From positions 1-64,000 of the IMG/VR virus record IMGVR_UViG_3300037851_001014: DNA of 64,000 nt; one strand, given 5' to 3'. Positions 24,641-35,700 of this stretch are shown here, piece after piece. The position numbers and the translations under genes were made by a program. The notes under the pieces are model-generated. The model was not told where the DNA came from, did not search any database, and saw only the letters and a program-made list of their open reading frames with translations. This DNA is from a virus (lineage: Duplodnaviria; Caudoviricetes). Position 1 is the first letter of the stretch, and every line of letters begins with the position of its first letter.

Positions 24641-26261
24641 TTCATCGCCGGCAACAACTTATCCAGACCAGATGATAGGTCAGGCCGCACCCGAAGGCAT
24701 TGACCTTGGCCCATTTAACCTAGAAAACCTGCACGGATTTCCTGATGACTTGTATCAGGCACAGCGCACGCGCTATGCCAACCTGGAATACTGGTTTGAC
24801 GGTCGGAAATTCGAGGAAAAGCAGGTTCAGGGCGGGCGCACAGTCGACAAGTATCCCATACGCCTTAATCCCATCCGCGGTGCCGTTTTCAAACACGCCT
24901 ATGCCCTTTTTGGAGTAACCGAGGACGATTCAAGACCCCTTGCTCCTGCAGCGATCAAACTTGCAGACAGCAAGAAGGACAAGGCGACTGTCACGAAAGG
25001 GCAGGAGTTCCTTAATCGTGTATGGTATGCCAGTCATGGCAGATCCATCATGATGCGCAATGCAATTATTTCTCAGATTTATGGGGGATGTATCTACAAG
25101 GTATCTTATGTTCCCAGGCAGCTTTACAGGCGGATCCCGATCAGTGTCGAGAGCGTGCACCCAAGCAACTTCGTTGGCGTCCCTTTCAGCGGTGATGAGT
25201 TCCGACTGGAAGAAGCCTGGGTAGTGCGGGCGATATCCATGGACGAAGCGGAGCGCAAATACGGCGTTTCGATCAAAGTATCTCCCGGTGAGCCGGTGTA
25301 TTATATCGAATACTGGAATCCAGAGGAATACAAGGTCACGATCAATCGAGAACCAGTCTGGACTGGTGCCTACGATACCGGTGGCAAGAAAGTTTACTAC
25401 GATGGTGAAAACCCTTACGGAATTGTCCCGATGGTCTATACCCCGCATATCCGAACGACCGGTTTCTACGGCGACAGCCTTATCAGCAGTAACGTCCAGG
25501 GGATTGTCGAGGAGCTCAACAAGAGAGTGGCAGATTACGGTGATGCTGTCTCTGATGACAGCCATCCCTATTATTATCTTACCGGTTCGTCTGGGCGTCC
25601 AGATCTTTATGAATTAGCACCCGGATTGCGCATTATTCAGCCCCCAATCACTCCTGCGATCACTGGTAAGGAGGCACCGGCCGAGATAGGCAGCCTGGGG
25701 CAAACCAAGTCAAGCGCGGCCACCAAAGAGCTCACCGAGGAACTTTATGACCATTTCCGGCGCGAAGCCTTCATCCCTGCTGTTGCAGATGGTGAGGACG
25801 AGGGCAGCCAGCGGTCTTTCTTGACCCTGGCAATGCGCATGTGGCCGCTGCTCTCCCATACTGCAATCGAGCGCATTTATCACGGCGATGCGCTCAACTT
25901 GATTGACGAGTACATTTTTAGGATAGGCAACAACTGGAATCCCTCGGAAGTACCCGAGGTGCTTCTGGATGCGCGCATTGAACGTCGCTGGGCGCCATTA
26001 CTGCCACGCGATAGCGAGACATTTGTCAATGGACTGGTGAGTCGAGCTGGTGCTCATCTTGGATCGCTGGAACACCTTCTGTCTCAGCTACCCGATATCG
26101 AGGATGCCGAGGAAGAGGTTACCCAGATTTACTCCGAGATGGAGAAACTTGCCAAGATGCAAGCAGCGGCTCAGCCCAAACCCCAGCCGCAAACACCGCC
26201 CAAGAAGAAAACTATCGGAGGAACAAGTGGACGAGATACAGGAAAACCTAGCAGCAACTGA
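24636..26261 (+). CDS. portal protein
   Basis: 541 aa between TerL and the scaffold/capsid genes; YW...Y.V, NPYG.VPMVYTP typical of SPP1-like portals; start uncertain. Confidence 0.88.
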   Translation: MFSSPATTYPDQMIGQAAPEGIDLGPFNLENLHGFPDDLYQAQRTRYANLEYWFDGRKFEEKQVQGGRTVDKYPIRLNPIRGAVFKHAYALFGVTEDDSRPLAPAAIKLADSKKDKATVTKGQEFLNRVWYASHGRSIMMRNAIISQIYGGCIYKVSYVPRQLYRRIPISVESVHPSNFVGVPFSGDEFRLEEAWVVRAISMDEAERKYGVSIKVSPGEPVYYIEYWNPEEYKVTINREPVWTGAYDTGGKKVYYDGENPYGIVPMVYTPHIRTTGFYGDSLISSNVQGIVEELNKRVADYGDAVSDDSHPYYYLTGSSGRPDLYELAPGLRIIQPPITPAITGKEAPAEIGSLGQTKSSAATKELTEELYDHFRREAFIPAVADGEDEGSQRSFLTLAMRMWPLLSHTAIERIYHGDALNLIDEYIFRIGNNWNPSEVPEVLLDARIERRWAPLLPRDSETFVNGLVSRAGAHLGSLEHLLSQLPDIEDAEEEVTQIYSEMEKLAKMQAAAQPKPQPQTPPKKKTIGGTSGRDTGKPSSN

Positions 26262-26874
26262 GGCCCAGAACACTGCTACGGCTACCACAGTGGTCGAGAA
26301 ACCGACCGATTGGCAAGCATCCTATAAAGGCTTGCAAACCGCCTACAACAAGCAGCAGGCATCATTAGCTGCCCTGCAGGCAAAGTTTGATGAGCTTAAC
26401 GAGAAATATGCCGAGGTCGACCAGGCCGGAAAACTGTACTCTGCTGAAAAGCAGACCCTGCAGGGACAGATTGCAGAGATGCAGTCTGCCGTCAATGCCC
26501 TTACTGCCGAAAAGGCCAGGGTCGAGGGAACCCTCGCTCGCCAGAAACTCGTGATGAGCGACTACCCAGATCTTGCACAATTCGAGGCTGCAGGGCTTAC
26601 CCCGCAAGCAGAAAGCCTAGAGGAGCTGAAGGCCAAGATGGAGCAGTTCCGTGTCCTGCTGAAGAATCAGTCTGCAGCAGATATGTCTCGTGTTATGGCT
26701 GGTGCTGTCCCGAGCGGGACCCCAGCAGCACACTCCGACACATCTGAGGAGGCCGAATCGGAAGATTACCTGTGGTCAAAGGTCTCTGAGCATGCGGGAG
26801 ATTTCAACCGAACCGAGTTTGAAAAATATCGCTCGCGCCTGGATGCACTCCTGGCGCGTAGACGTAAATCCTAA
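26227..26874 (+). CDS. capsid scaffolding protein
   Basis: GGAGG RBS then GTG at 26227; acidic coiled coil (DWQASYKGLQ...), immediately upstream of the MCP. Confidence 0.8.
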   Translation: MDEIQENLAATEAQNTATATTVVEKPTDWQASYKGLQTAYNKQQASLAALQAKFDELNEKYAEVDQAGKLYSAEKQTLQGQIAEMQSAVNALTAEKARVEGTLARQKLVMSDYPDLAQFEAAGLTPQAESLEELKAKMEQFRVLLKNQSAADMSRVMAGAVPSGTPAAHSDTSEEAESEDYLWSKVSEHAGDFNRTEFEKYRSRLDALLARRRKS

Positions 26875-26885
26875 GTGAGGTTACT

Positions 26886-28256
26886 ATGGCTGATCCCATT
26901 ACCGATTACTACGCCGATAATCCTGTCGAGGTCCTCGACAAGAATCAGCGTACCTGGTATGACCCGGACATCCTGAGCCTTTTCCGTCAGCGGAGTTTGT
27001 TTACACCAATTATCCGCTACAAGAAAAATCTGGGCGATGTCCGTGCTACCACGATGGTTGTCTCGCAGTTGCTTGACCCCCATCCTAACTACAATCCGGT
27101 CGCCGCACGCCTGTTGTGGCTGCCTGCCATGCACATCGACTCTCGCAGTGTCGAGATCACCTTCAGCCACTATGCTGGAAAGATTGCTTTGCACGAGTAC
27201 GATGATTTGGTGACCTACTGGCAGCAGAACGGCCAGGCTGGCCTGCGCGGTATCCTGAATGGTGCTCTTGGGCAGCACATCGTGGATGTTCACGACTTCG
27301 TTGCCCGTAATGCCCTGATCGAAGGCGCGCTCGAAACGACCGGCTATGTGTACTATGCCGGAAACGCAACCACCTTTAACGATATGGATGCCTCGGATCT
27401 GTTCGTGCCCGAAATCGCGGCACAGATTCAGCTAGGCATGAAATACCGTGAAGTTGCAAGCGCCATGAACCCCGATGGATCTCCTGGTGCAGTTGTTTGC
27501 TACACCAGTCCTGGCGTCATCTATGACATCCAGAGTGATCCCGATTGGATTGAAGCCAAGAAGTATGCTGACCCCAATAGCCTGTTGCGCTACGAGGTTG
27601 GTACCTACAAGTCGGTGCGGTTTGTGGAATCGCCCCGCTTGACCCTGTGGAATGCCGGCGCACTGACCGCCCAGGCACCCATTTCTGCAGCCGCACACGC
27701 TGGCGATGGAGCACCTGTTCCTGCCAGTGCGAAAGTCGATGGCGTCTATCGCGTTGGTCAGTCCAGCGGTGGTATCGTCAATTTCCTGCAGCTCGGTGCC
27801 TTCGGGACTGGATCGATCAACGATATCGCAGTCAACGATATTGTCACTATCCACACTGCTCGCACCAGCGGGTACGGTGTAACCAATGGCGTCGATCCTT
27901 TTGATGGCAAGTTGCACAACCGCCGTGTCATCAGCAAAGATGTTGGAAATGGTCGCATCACCTTGGACAAGCCGATCATGGAAGACTTCGCCACCGATTT
28001 GGGCGGCGGCGTCTACGGCTATGTCACCAAGGGCTTTAACGTCCACTCAAGCATCTTTGTTGGTGCCCCGAACGCAATTGTCGCCGGTGTTGCACGTCCT
28101 GTACGTCTGCACACTCCTCCCCCGATCGATGACCTGGAAGCGATTTATCGCTACTCCTGGGACTCTCGTGAAGGGATGCAGCCCTATGCGCCCGAGGTCT
28201 TCGAAGTTGTCTTTTCGAGTGGATCGGTCCGCGTCAAGGGCGCAATGACCGTGTAA
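26886..28256 (+). CDS. major capsid protein (HK97 fold, N4-gp56-like) with insertion domain
   Basis: 456 aa; YSGK-like 'YAGKIALHE', YEVGTYKSVRFVESP, terminal YRYSW; strongly biased codons. Confidence 0.88.
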   Translation: MADPITDYYADNPVEVLDKNQRTWYDPDILSLFRQRSLFTPIIRYKKNLGDVRATTMVVSQLLDPHPNYNPVAARLLWLPAMHIDSRSVEITFSHYAGKIALHEYDDLVTYWQQNGQAGLRGILNGALGQHIVDVHDFVARNALIEGALETTGYVYYAGNATTFNDMDASDLFVPEIAAQIQLGMKYREVASAMNPDGSPGAVVCYTSPGVIYDIQSDPDWIEAKKYADPNSLLRYEVGTYKSVRFVESPRLTLWNAGALTAQAPISAAAHAGDGAPVPASAKVDGVYRVGQSSGGIVNFLQLGAFGTGSINDIAVNDIVTIHTARTSGYGVTNGVDPFDGKLHNRRVISKDVGNGRITLDKPIMEDFATDLGGGVYGYVTKGFNVHSSIFVGAPNAIVAGVARPVRLHTPPPIDDLEAIYRYSWDSREGMQPYAPEVFEVVFSSGSVRVKGAMTV

Positions 28257-28266
28257 GGAGCCAACC

Positions 28267-29325
28267 GTGACTAGCTGGATTATTAACGTCAACAAGATCC
28301 GCAACCTGTTCAAGACAGGTGCGGCTGGTACTGTCAATGGCCGCAACACGCAATCGCTGGCGACCGTGCTTGAGGACCTGGTGACAAGCCTGTCTGAACT
28401 GTACACCGGTGGAATGCTGCCGTACTCCGATGACGTGAGTTTGCCATCGGCCACTGGACTGACTTCTACCTTGTTCAGACGCTATCTGAACGCACCAGAT
28501 GCCGCAAGCGCAACTGCTGTTCATGCTGCCGCGAACCTAGCAGCAGATGCCCAGGATGTCGCAAGTAATATTACAAACCCAGACATTCCTCGCATCGTTA
28601 CCGTAAAAGGCAATGTTTCCGGCATCGCCGGCAACGTTGTGATTACCGGAACCAACATCGCGGGGGCGGCAAAGACAGACACGATTGCCTTGAACGGTAC
28701 AAGCGAAGTTCTTGGTGTCAAGGCCTTCAAGACCGTAACGAATATCAATTTGCCGGCGCGCACGCATACACCTGTTGCACAGGTGGAAACCGCCACTGCA
28801 GTTGGTACGATCACCGGAAGCGGCAACGCTGCTGTTGTTGTGACCGCAGCCGGTATGACCGGATCCCCCAAGACGCTGAACGTTGCTGTTCTGGAAAACG
28901 ATACTGCAGCCACCTGGGCCGGCAAAGTGCGTACTGCACTTGGTCTCGACGCTGCAGTAACCGCTCTGTTTGCCGTATCCGGTTCTGGCGCAGAGATCAT
29001 TTTGACCAAGCTGCTGCCCGCGGCCAACGACGCAACGCTGAATATCTCGCTGGACAATGGTACCTGCACAGGCATCACAACTGCCGCAACCTCAGCTGAC
29101 ACTGCCGCTGGTGTGCCTTATGACACCGTATCAGTCGGCATCAGCAAGAAAATCGGCATGCCGGCAATCTTGCCCTATGCGGCCAACCTGCACCTGCACT
29201 ACTTCGATGGCTCCAATGATGCCGGAGCACTCACAATCGACAGCGATGAGCTGGAGAAAAACGTGTATGAAGTAGCAGGCACGCCGGATGGCAGCAAGGA
29301 ACTGGATCTCTACTTCTTCTTGTAA
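28267..29325 (+). CDS. capsid decoration / minor structural protein
   Basis: 352 aa, Ala/Thr/Gly-rich beta protein directly after the MCP. Confidence 0.65.
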   Translation: MTSWIINVNKIRNLFKTGAAGTVNGRNTQSLATVLEDLVTSLSELYTGGMLPYSDDVSLPSATGLTSTLFRRYLNAPDAASATAVHAAANLAADAQDVASNITNPDIPRIVTVKGNVSGIAGNVVITGTNIAGAAKTDTIALNGTSEVLGVKAFKTVTNINLPARTHTPVAQVETATAVGTITGSGNAAVVVTAAGMTGSPKTLNVAVLENDTAATWAGKVRTALGLDAAVTALFAVSGSGAEIILTKLLPAANDATLNISLDNGTCTGITTAATSADTAAGVPYDTVSVGISKKIGMPAILPYAANLHLHYFDGSNDAGALTIDSDELEKNVYEVAGTPDGSKELDLYFFL

Positions 29326-29328
29326 AAG

Positions 29329-29973
29329 ATGGCTACGCTCGCTGATCTCGTAAGCAAGGTGCGCAGGTTGATCGCTGATGAAAATTCGGCACTCTACTCT
29401 GATGCCCTGATAACCGATGGGCTTCTGACAGCAATCGATGCGATATTGCCGTGGATGCCCAAGCAACTCACGCAAGCCCTTGTCGGAGATGGTGTTGCGG
29501 TTTCGTTTGCGCTGCCGTCAAACTGCTACAGAATTGTGGCGGTGCTCGACTCAAGCTCTGGTGCTTTTATCCCCGCTCTGCGCATGAACGCCTATGGTTC
29601 GCCTGGGGATAATCTAATGACAAACCAGGACTGGTGCGAGTATCCAGAGGGCTACGTGACGTTTGCTAATACAATTCAGGTCGATGAAAGCATGACTGTT
29701 TACTACTCAGCAGTGTGGCCAAAACCGTCAATCGGTTCAGATGTGATCTCTGTTCCGTCCTATGCACATCCCGCCCTGGCGTACTATGCTGCCAGCTACA
29801 CCTTGTTGAACAAGGCTACGTCTGGCGCAAGTCTAAATCAGTGGGATCAGGCAGGCGTCGATAGTGGTACGCCCGTGATGAACCCGATGAAAGACATGTC
29901 CAGTTACTTCCTAGAGCGGTTTCGCATAGAAATGGATCGCTTGCCACATCGAATACGAGGAGCTCATGGCTAA
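29329..29973 (+). CDS. head-tail adaptor/connector protein
   Basis: MATLADLVSKVRRLIADE...; position between the capsid and tail genes. Confidence 0.65.
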   Translation: MATLADLVSKVRRLIADENSALYSDALITDGLLTAIDAILPWMPKQLTQALVGDGVAVSFALPSNCYRIVAVLDSSSGAFIPALRMNAYGSPGDNLMTNQDWCEYPEGYVTFANTIQVDESMTVYYSAVWPKPSIGSDVISVPSYAHPALAYYAASYTLLNKATSGASLNQWDQAGVDSGTPVMNPMKDMSSYFLERFRIEMDRLPHRIRGAHG

Positions 29974-30529
29974 TCATATCGTACCAATGGTCGTTGATCG
30001 TATCATAGAGGTTCTTCAAACAGTCCTCATTACCAATGTTGCGTTTGGCGACCCCACCCGTGTAGACTTGGTTAAGTCTGGTCGTATTCAGGCTGACCCA
30101 AGTGTGACTGGCCCGCTACGTATCAGTGTAATGGGTGGCGACCCAGAAGATGTCAATCTTATGGACAAGATTGCCGACCCAGACAGCGATGATAACCGAA
30201 TGGCTTTCACTATACCGGCCCGAGAAATCGGCGGTGGTGAAATGTGGTGGCACAAAGGCACGGTAAAACTAGAGCTCTTTTTCCTTCTAACGGCAAACGC
30301 TCCATCTGAGGAAGATGCGCGTGAGTACGCCTACACAATCCTCGGCAGAATAACAGACACATTTGCAGACGGTATCTTTGTCGGAGATCTATCCGATGAC
30401 TTCGGCGAACATGCTGTGTTGCTACTTAGCACACAACACTCACTATTTCAGGCCGGAGGACCCTCAAACTCCTACCTCTGGAGAGGTAGAGTGGTTTGGG
30501 AGGCACTCGCGGAGCGCAATTCTCTATAA
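29966..30529 (+). CDS. tail completion/terminator-like protein
   Basis: 187 aa immediately before the tail tube gene; acidic, beta-rich C-terminus. Confidence 0.55.
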   Translation: MANHIVPMVVDRIIEVLQTVLITNVAFGDPTRVDLVKSGRIQADPSVTGPLRISVMGGDPEDVNLMDKIADPDSDDNRMAFTIPAREIGGGEMWWHKGTVKLELFFLLTANAPSEEDAREYAYTILGRITDTFADGIFVGDLSDDFGEHAVLLLSTQHSLFQAGGPSNSYLWRGRVVWEALAERNSL

Positions 30530-30541
30530 GGGAGAGTAAAT

Positions 30542-31927
30542 ATGGCTGTTACTGCACAAGCTGGGATTTTCGGGTTTGGACCTCAGGGACAGAAAGGCAC
30601 CGAGGCGAGTACGTACTACAAGCACAAGGCGATGGATATCGACCTTGGGCCGATCGATGATACTCGTTTGGGTGCTCTGGAAATTGGCTCTGGGCCATTC
30701 CCGACCTTTCCATACAAAGCTGGCTATGTGGTCGCCGGAGGCGCTGACCTTCAACCTCGCCTGGAAGATACCCTGGGATGGCTGTTTTATGCAGCTATGG
30801 GTGATCTTTCTACTGTTCAGGTTGGTGGCGATGCTGCCTATGACCACACCTTCAAGCCTCTCGCGGCAGATCTGTCTGCAGTGAAATGGCTTTCTGCTCG
30901 GAAGTATATTCCGAAGAAAGACAACAACGCAACGACTGATCTTGGCGAGAAATTCGTTGACTGCAAATTGCTGGGTATCAACCTGGCTTTCGAAAACGAT
31001 CAACCGGTTCGTGCACGCCTCGATTTTGAGGGACTGGCCTACGAACCCGTTCCGGATCCCTCCGGATGGGGATGGGGCAATGCTGCCTACGAGGACTACC
31101 AGTCCGTTCCGGTTGGCTGCGTCGCTGGCGGATACGTCAAGTTCACCGGCGCTGGCTTGACTGACGAAGCATTGCCCGTTGTTCGAGCAGCTGTGAGTAT
31201 CCAGAACGTTCCCTTGGATCTTCGCCAAGAAAAGATCATTGGATCGCCAACCCCCGAGGACATCACTGTTGTCGAGCGGCGTGTAACTTTCGATCTTTTG
31301 GTGAAGTGGAACAAGCCTGATATGTACTTAGCTGTTCAGACCAACGACTTCGACGGCACCGCCTGGAGCTCAACACCTTTGGTTGGTGAAGTCGAGTTGT
31401 ACATGCTGGCATCGTCTGTTATCGGCGCGACTTCTCACAAGTACGCCTTGACGATCAATGCCCCAGAAGTTATGATGCAGCTGAATGGGCCTCCGACGAT
31501 GGCAGCCGGGCAGGCAGTTATGCTGCGCTTGCTGGGTACTGCAATCGAGCCCAGCTCCGGCAGCTACACGACCGTGGTCATTCGCAACGGCGTAACCTCC
31601 TACTCCTGGCCTGCCGGCGGCGTTGATGCCCTGGCTCTGGATAGCAGCGTTCCGACCGACGGTGGAACTGGCATCTCCGTGTCTGCCGATCAGACCCTCA
31701 CCTTCAATAACCAACTCATCGAGAGCGCACCCACTCACGTGGTGTTGATGAAGGCCTCCGATGGCTCGATCGTTGCTAGTACCAAGACGCTCAGCGGCAG
31801 CCGCCTGGTTGTCACGATCAACCCAACCAGCAACCTGAGTGCGTCCACCGAATACATCATCTCGTACGCGGTGGAGGACATCTACGGCCAAAGCCTGGTC
31901 GGTGCGATCAACTTCACGACTGCGTAA
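30542..31927 (+). CDS. major tail tube protein with C-terminal Ig-like domain
   Basis: 461 aa; siphoviral tube-like N-terminus, then SVPTDGGTGISV...TLTFNNQL...VTINPTSNL...Y (Big_5-like). Confidence 0.8.
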   Translation: MAVTAQAGIFGFGPQGQKGTEASTYYKHKAMDIDLGPIDDTRLGALEIGSGPFPTFPYKAGYVVAGGADLQPRLEDTLGWLFYAAMGDLSTVQVGGDAAYDHTFKPLAADLSAVKWLSARKYIPKKDNNATTDLGEKFVDCKLLGINLAFENDQPVRARLDFEGLAYEPVPDPSGWGWGNAAYEDYQSVPVGCVAGGYVKFTGAGLTDEALPVVRAAVSIQNVPLDLRQEKIIGSPTPEDITVVERRVTFDLLVKWNKPDMYLAVQTNDFDGTAWSSTPLVGEVELYMLASSVIGATSHKYALTINAPEVMMQLNGPPTMAAGQAVMLRLLGTAIEPSSGSYTTVVIRNGVTSYSWPAGGVDALALDSSVPTDGGTGISVSADQTLTFNNQLIESAPTHVVLMKASDGSIVASTKTLSGSRLVVTINPTSNLSASTEYIISYAVEDIYGQSLVGAINFTTA

Positions 31928-31941
31928 CCATACAGTCTTAA

Positions 31942-31969
31942 CCCTGGGGAGGCACGCTCCTCCCCAGGG
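31942..31969 (+). other. GC-rich 11-bp hairpin after the tail tube gene
   Basis: CCCTGGGGAGG-CACGCT-CCTCCCCAGGG, no U-tract; may be an mRNA-stabilising or processing stem. Confidence 0.6.
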
Positions 31970-31995
31970 ACAATCTTACACACACGAGGTAAACA

Positions 31996-32478
31996 ATGCC
32001 ATTTACTGTAATTGCTCCGGAACAAAAGACCTTTGTTCTTACCAGTCTCGATGCTTATGGGGCGGTTGATCCAGAACATCCCACAACCATATCGATTAAA
32101 CAGGCACGAGTTAAACAGAACGCTGAGCGCTCACAGCTATTGAGCACCTTTAGAACAGAACGCGCTCGCAGCAAGGATGCTTACGGCGACGAGGTTGAGG
32201 CAACTGTTATCCAGTTGCCAGTGTATGACCTTGTTCTCAAAGAGATCTATCTGACAATGGTAGACTGCAATATCGGCACGCCGAACGGCAAGCCGCTTTT
32301 CACCTTTTCAAGGTCAAAAGATGGCAGTTACCTGAACATGACCTGGGCAGCTTTTGCAGACGCAGCAGGCCTGCTGCCCGATGAGGCCCTTGAGGAAATC
32401 CACGGCAAGGTTATTGAGGTAAACCCTCACTGGCGCATCAGTCAGGCAGACGAGGACTACAGCCTGGGGGAAGAATAG
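31996..32478 (+). CDS. tail assembly chaperone (G-like)
   Basis: 160 aa between the tail tube and tape measure genes; ends CTG GGG GAA GAA TAG. Confidence 0.8.
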   Translation: MPFTVIAPEQKTFVLTSLDAYGAVDPEHPTTISIKQARVKQNAERSQLLSTFRTERARSKDAYGDEVEATVIQLPVYDLVLKEIYLTMVDCNIGTPNGKPLFTFSRSKDGSYLNMTWAAFADAAGLLPDEALEEIHGKVIEVNPHWRISQADEDYSLGEE

Positions 32479-32795
32479 TATCCCGGAAATTGCGTGAGCT
32501 CGAAGCAATTCTCTGGGACTACTACGGGCAGCTAAACGAGATAGCTGCTGGCGTAAAGCCCAAGCCAGAAGATGTCATAGAGAAACCGGAAGCCTTGATG
32601 CGCTATGAGCAAGTCAGGGCACTCAACATTCCTTACGTAGCCGGTGGCCTTGAGGATCAACCCTACATAACGCTCATGGAAGACGGCGTAGTTGAGATGT
32701 TTCTGAAAGCGTGGAAGGGAATCCAGAAAAGGCAGGAGCAACAATGGCAGCAAGTATCGGACCACCAAGCGGAGAAGACTTTGCTAGGACCCTAG
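32466..32795 (+). CDS. -1 frameshift extension of the tail chaperone (GT-like)
   Basis: Slippery GGGGGAA at 32466-72; the -1 frame is open from there through 32490..32795. Confidence 0.75.
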   Translation, partial: GGRIVSRKLRELEAILWDYYGQLNEIAAGVKPKPEDVIEKPEALMRYEQVRALNIPYVAGGLEDQPYITLMEDGVVEMFLKAWKGIQKRQEQQWQQVSDHQAEKTLLGP

Positions 32796-35700
32796 AAGAA
32801 CTTATGGGGGACGAGTATCGTGTTCGCTATATGGGCGAAACCAGATACAATATTGTGCGCTCCAGCCCGCGAGGTGGGCCCAATGGGACTCCTGCTACCA
32901 TTTCTGGGAACTTCAGTTTTGACTTTTGGTCTGCGACTCGTTTCAAGAGCCAGTTTGGTGCAAATAAAGGTTCTGTTGAATATGCTCCGGTGGTGAAGCC
33001 AGATCCTTACGAAGAGAGAGGCTTTGTCGTTCCTGGTGGCATCACATCTGTTGTCGAGAGAAACGAGGAAGATAGAAAGAAGTATATCTCTTCTCACTTC
33101 GTAGAAAATCCAGTAACGAGGTTGGTAAACACACTGGTTTCTGCGTCTGATAGGACTCTTGAAGCAAGGGCGCGCGGCAGAGCAACCAGCACCTGGGAAG
33201 GCGCTGCCATGAACATTCTCTCCGAAGGGGCTCCTGGATCGGAAGAATATGCAGATGTAGCAGGCGGAACGCGGTTTGTAAATAGAAACAACATGTCGAT
33301 GGTGCGTTCTGCATCAAACATGCTTATTCTGCAAACCATTACCCCAGAGGATGCCGGAAAAGACGAAAGGTCGATGCGTTCCAGCGCACTGGAATCGCTC
33401 AAGTCCTGGATTAGTACTCCGGCAGTGGCGCGCGATAGCGGAAATTTCCTGGCCTTCAACCAACTTGGTCTGGCGATTGGGCGCAAAAATGCCAATACAC
33501 TGATACCTTATTCTCAGGGTTATAGATCTGTAACTGATCCGTCCGGCCGCGAATACGCTGAAGTTTATCTCCCTGGCGACCCCTCTAAGTCGAGCAAACA
33601 CTATAATGTCATGTACGGCCGACGCGAGGGCGTTACGCCGTTAGATGCCACAGGTGTGCCAATTCAAGCAGGAGCTATTCGGGGCGCTCGGGGGTGGGGC
33701 ATCAGGAGAACTACAGCAGATTATCGTGGGCAGGTACCGCAAGAGAGTTGGATTGGTGGCTTGCTGATGACCAGGTCGCTGCCAATTCCGGGAACCGGAC
33801 AGTATTTTCCACAGAATGTGTCTTCTGCTGGAATATCGTCTGTCGGGTTTGATACCGTGCGAGAATTGCCCGTAACCAGTGATATCGGCGGGCTTCTTTC
33901 CGGGACTGTCAAATACACACCCGCGTCCGACTTGATGGGCAGGCATCACCCCGGAATGACCAGAATGAGCTATGGCACACTGGAGGCACAGGGAGAGCTG
34001 CCAATTTCTCTCTCGACGAGAAACAAGGCGGGCGGCTTCAGACCAAGTAATCAGCAGTTGGTGTTGCCGCAGTATTACGATCCAAAAACCGGCCTGGGTA
34101 TGGTCTACAGCGAGGGAAACGCCAGGCTCGGGACAGAGATCACCGAGACACAGGCTGCGGCATTGTCCAAGTCGCTGGGAATTGACGTTCGGCTTGACCC
34201 CTTTTCTGATCGTGCGATGTGGCGTTCCGAGGGGTTCCTATCCACGGGCGCGAAAGTTGCCGGTCTTGGACTTAAGACGGCCTTGACCGCCATGCTTGGA
34301 AGACCGTCAATTGGGATTGGGAAAACTGATCTTCCTGTAGATATAGCCACCGGCGAAGTGAAGTCATTCCCCACGATGCTTCTTTCCAACTTTCCCACTC
34401 TTTCCAGGGCAAGGCAAGCCGATCTTTTGCGTGAAACTGGCGCGCGCCTGAATAACCCCGCTTTCACACGAGCGGCGTCGCGTGTCCAGAAAGGCGGATA
34501 TGGCGAAAGATTGGACATGGAAAGACTTGCAGAGGACATTTATGGCGTTGGAGCTCCAGTAAACGAGCTCATGAAAGAAGTTTACGGCACTGTCGTTCCC
34601 GGACTAGGAGAGAATCCTACCCAGGTGGAGATAGCCAGATACGCAGCGAGCGATGTTAATCTACGCAATCTTGAGCGGTACGGTATAGGGTTTATCGATC
34701 CCTCAATGGAAAGCAGGGGCGTTCGTGTTCCAGAGCTTAGTTGGCGTGTATCTAAGAAACAGTTCGTAGACCTTGAGCAGGCTTATCTTGCGGCAAACCG
34801 AGAGCGCGTTATAGCTGCCGGTGGCGATCCTAGGAAAATCTCTATCAAGGACGCACGCCAGGCCTTTTTGACAGAATATGGTCTGACGCCCGTGGCTAAC
34901 GAGCCCGGGATGTGGCAAGCGCACACTAAGGCAAGCGGTTTTTATATACGCGGGGCTTTGCCACTTGGGGTTGAGTGGTATGGTGCCGGACAAGTGCACG
35001 CAGAAGAGGCCCAGCTAGTCAATGCTATCTCACCAGAATGGGCTTACCGACTTGGGATTGGGTTGACGCCAGGATCAAAAGGGCGCGGTGGGTATGACAG
35101 AAACATATCACCAACTCGACAGGCGAAAATACTTGCCGCAAAGACTGTTGCGGCAATGTACGCAGATACTCCAATGGGCATAGAGCATTCTGTTGTGACG
35201 GATACAATGGCCGGCAATCTGGTAGCAGATACTGATTTTATGGCCTTGCTGGAGAGAAAGCCAGATAATCCTGGTACTGTTGCCGACTTTGATATCGTAA
35301 GGGAAAGAATGCAGAGGGAGATGGAGATTGCCTACGGGAATAAGGCAGCCAATGTGGACAAGGTTCCTTTGCAGTTCGGAGATCTTGAGGGCGCCTATCT
35401 CCTGCCTGCTGGATCAATCCGGGCCACTATGGCGGTGGATCAGGCTACAGGACAAGATCAAGCCAGACTTCTTGACAGATATTTAGGTACGCTTGGGCGC
35501 GCCTTGAGAGGGCAAGTAGCAGGCAAGCCAGGGGAAATTACGCATAGCCTGTATGGTCTCGCGGACACCTACGCCGAGTCGATGGGCGTAAGCTCACACA
35601 CGAAAAGCGACATGGTAAAAGATTTGATGGGTTCAGATCTCGGATGGTCTGTTGGTCGCTATGGCTGGGCAGGCGAGGTCCAGCAGCACCAAGTCACTGG

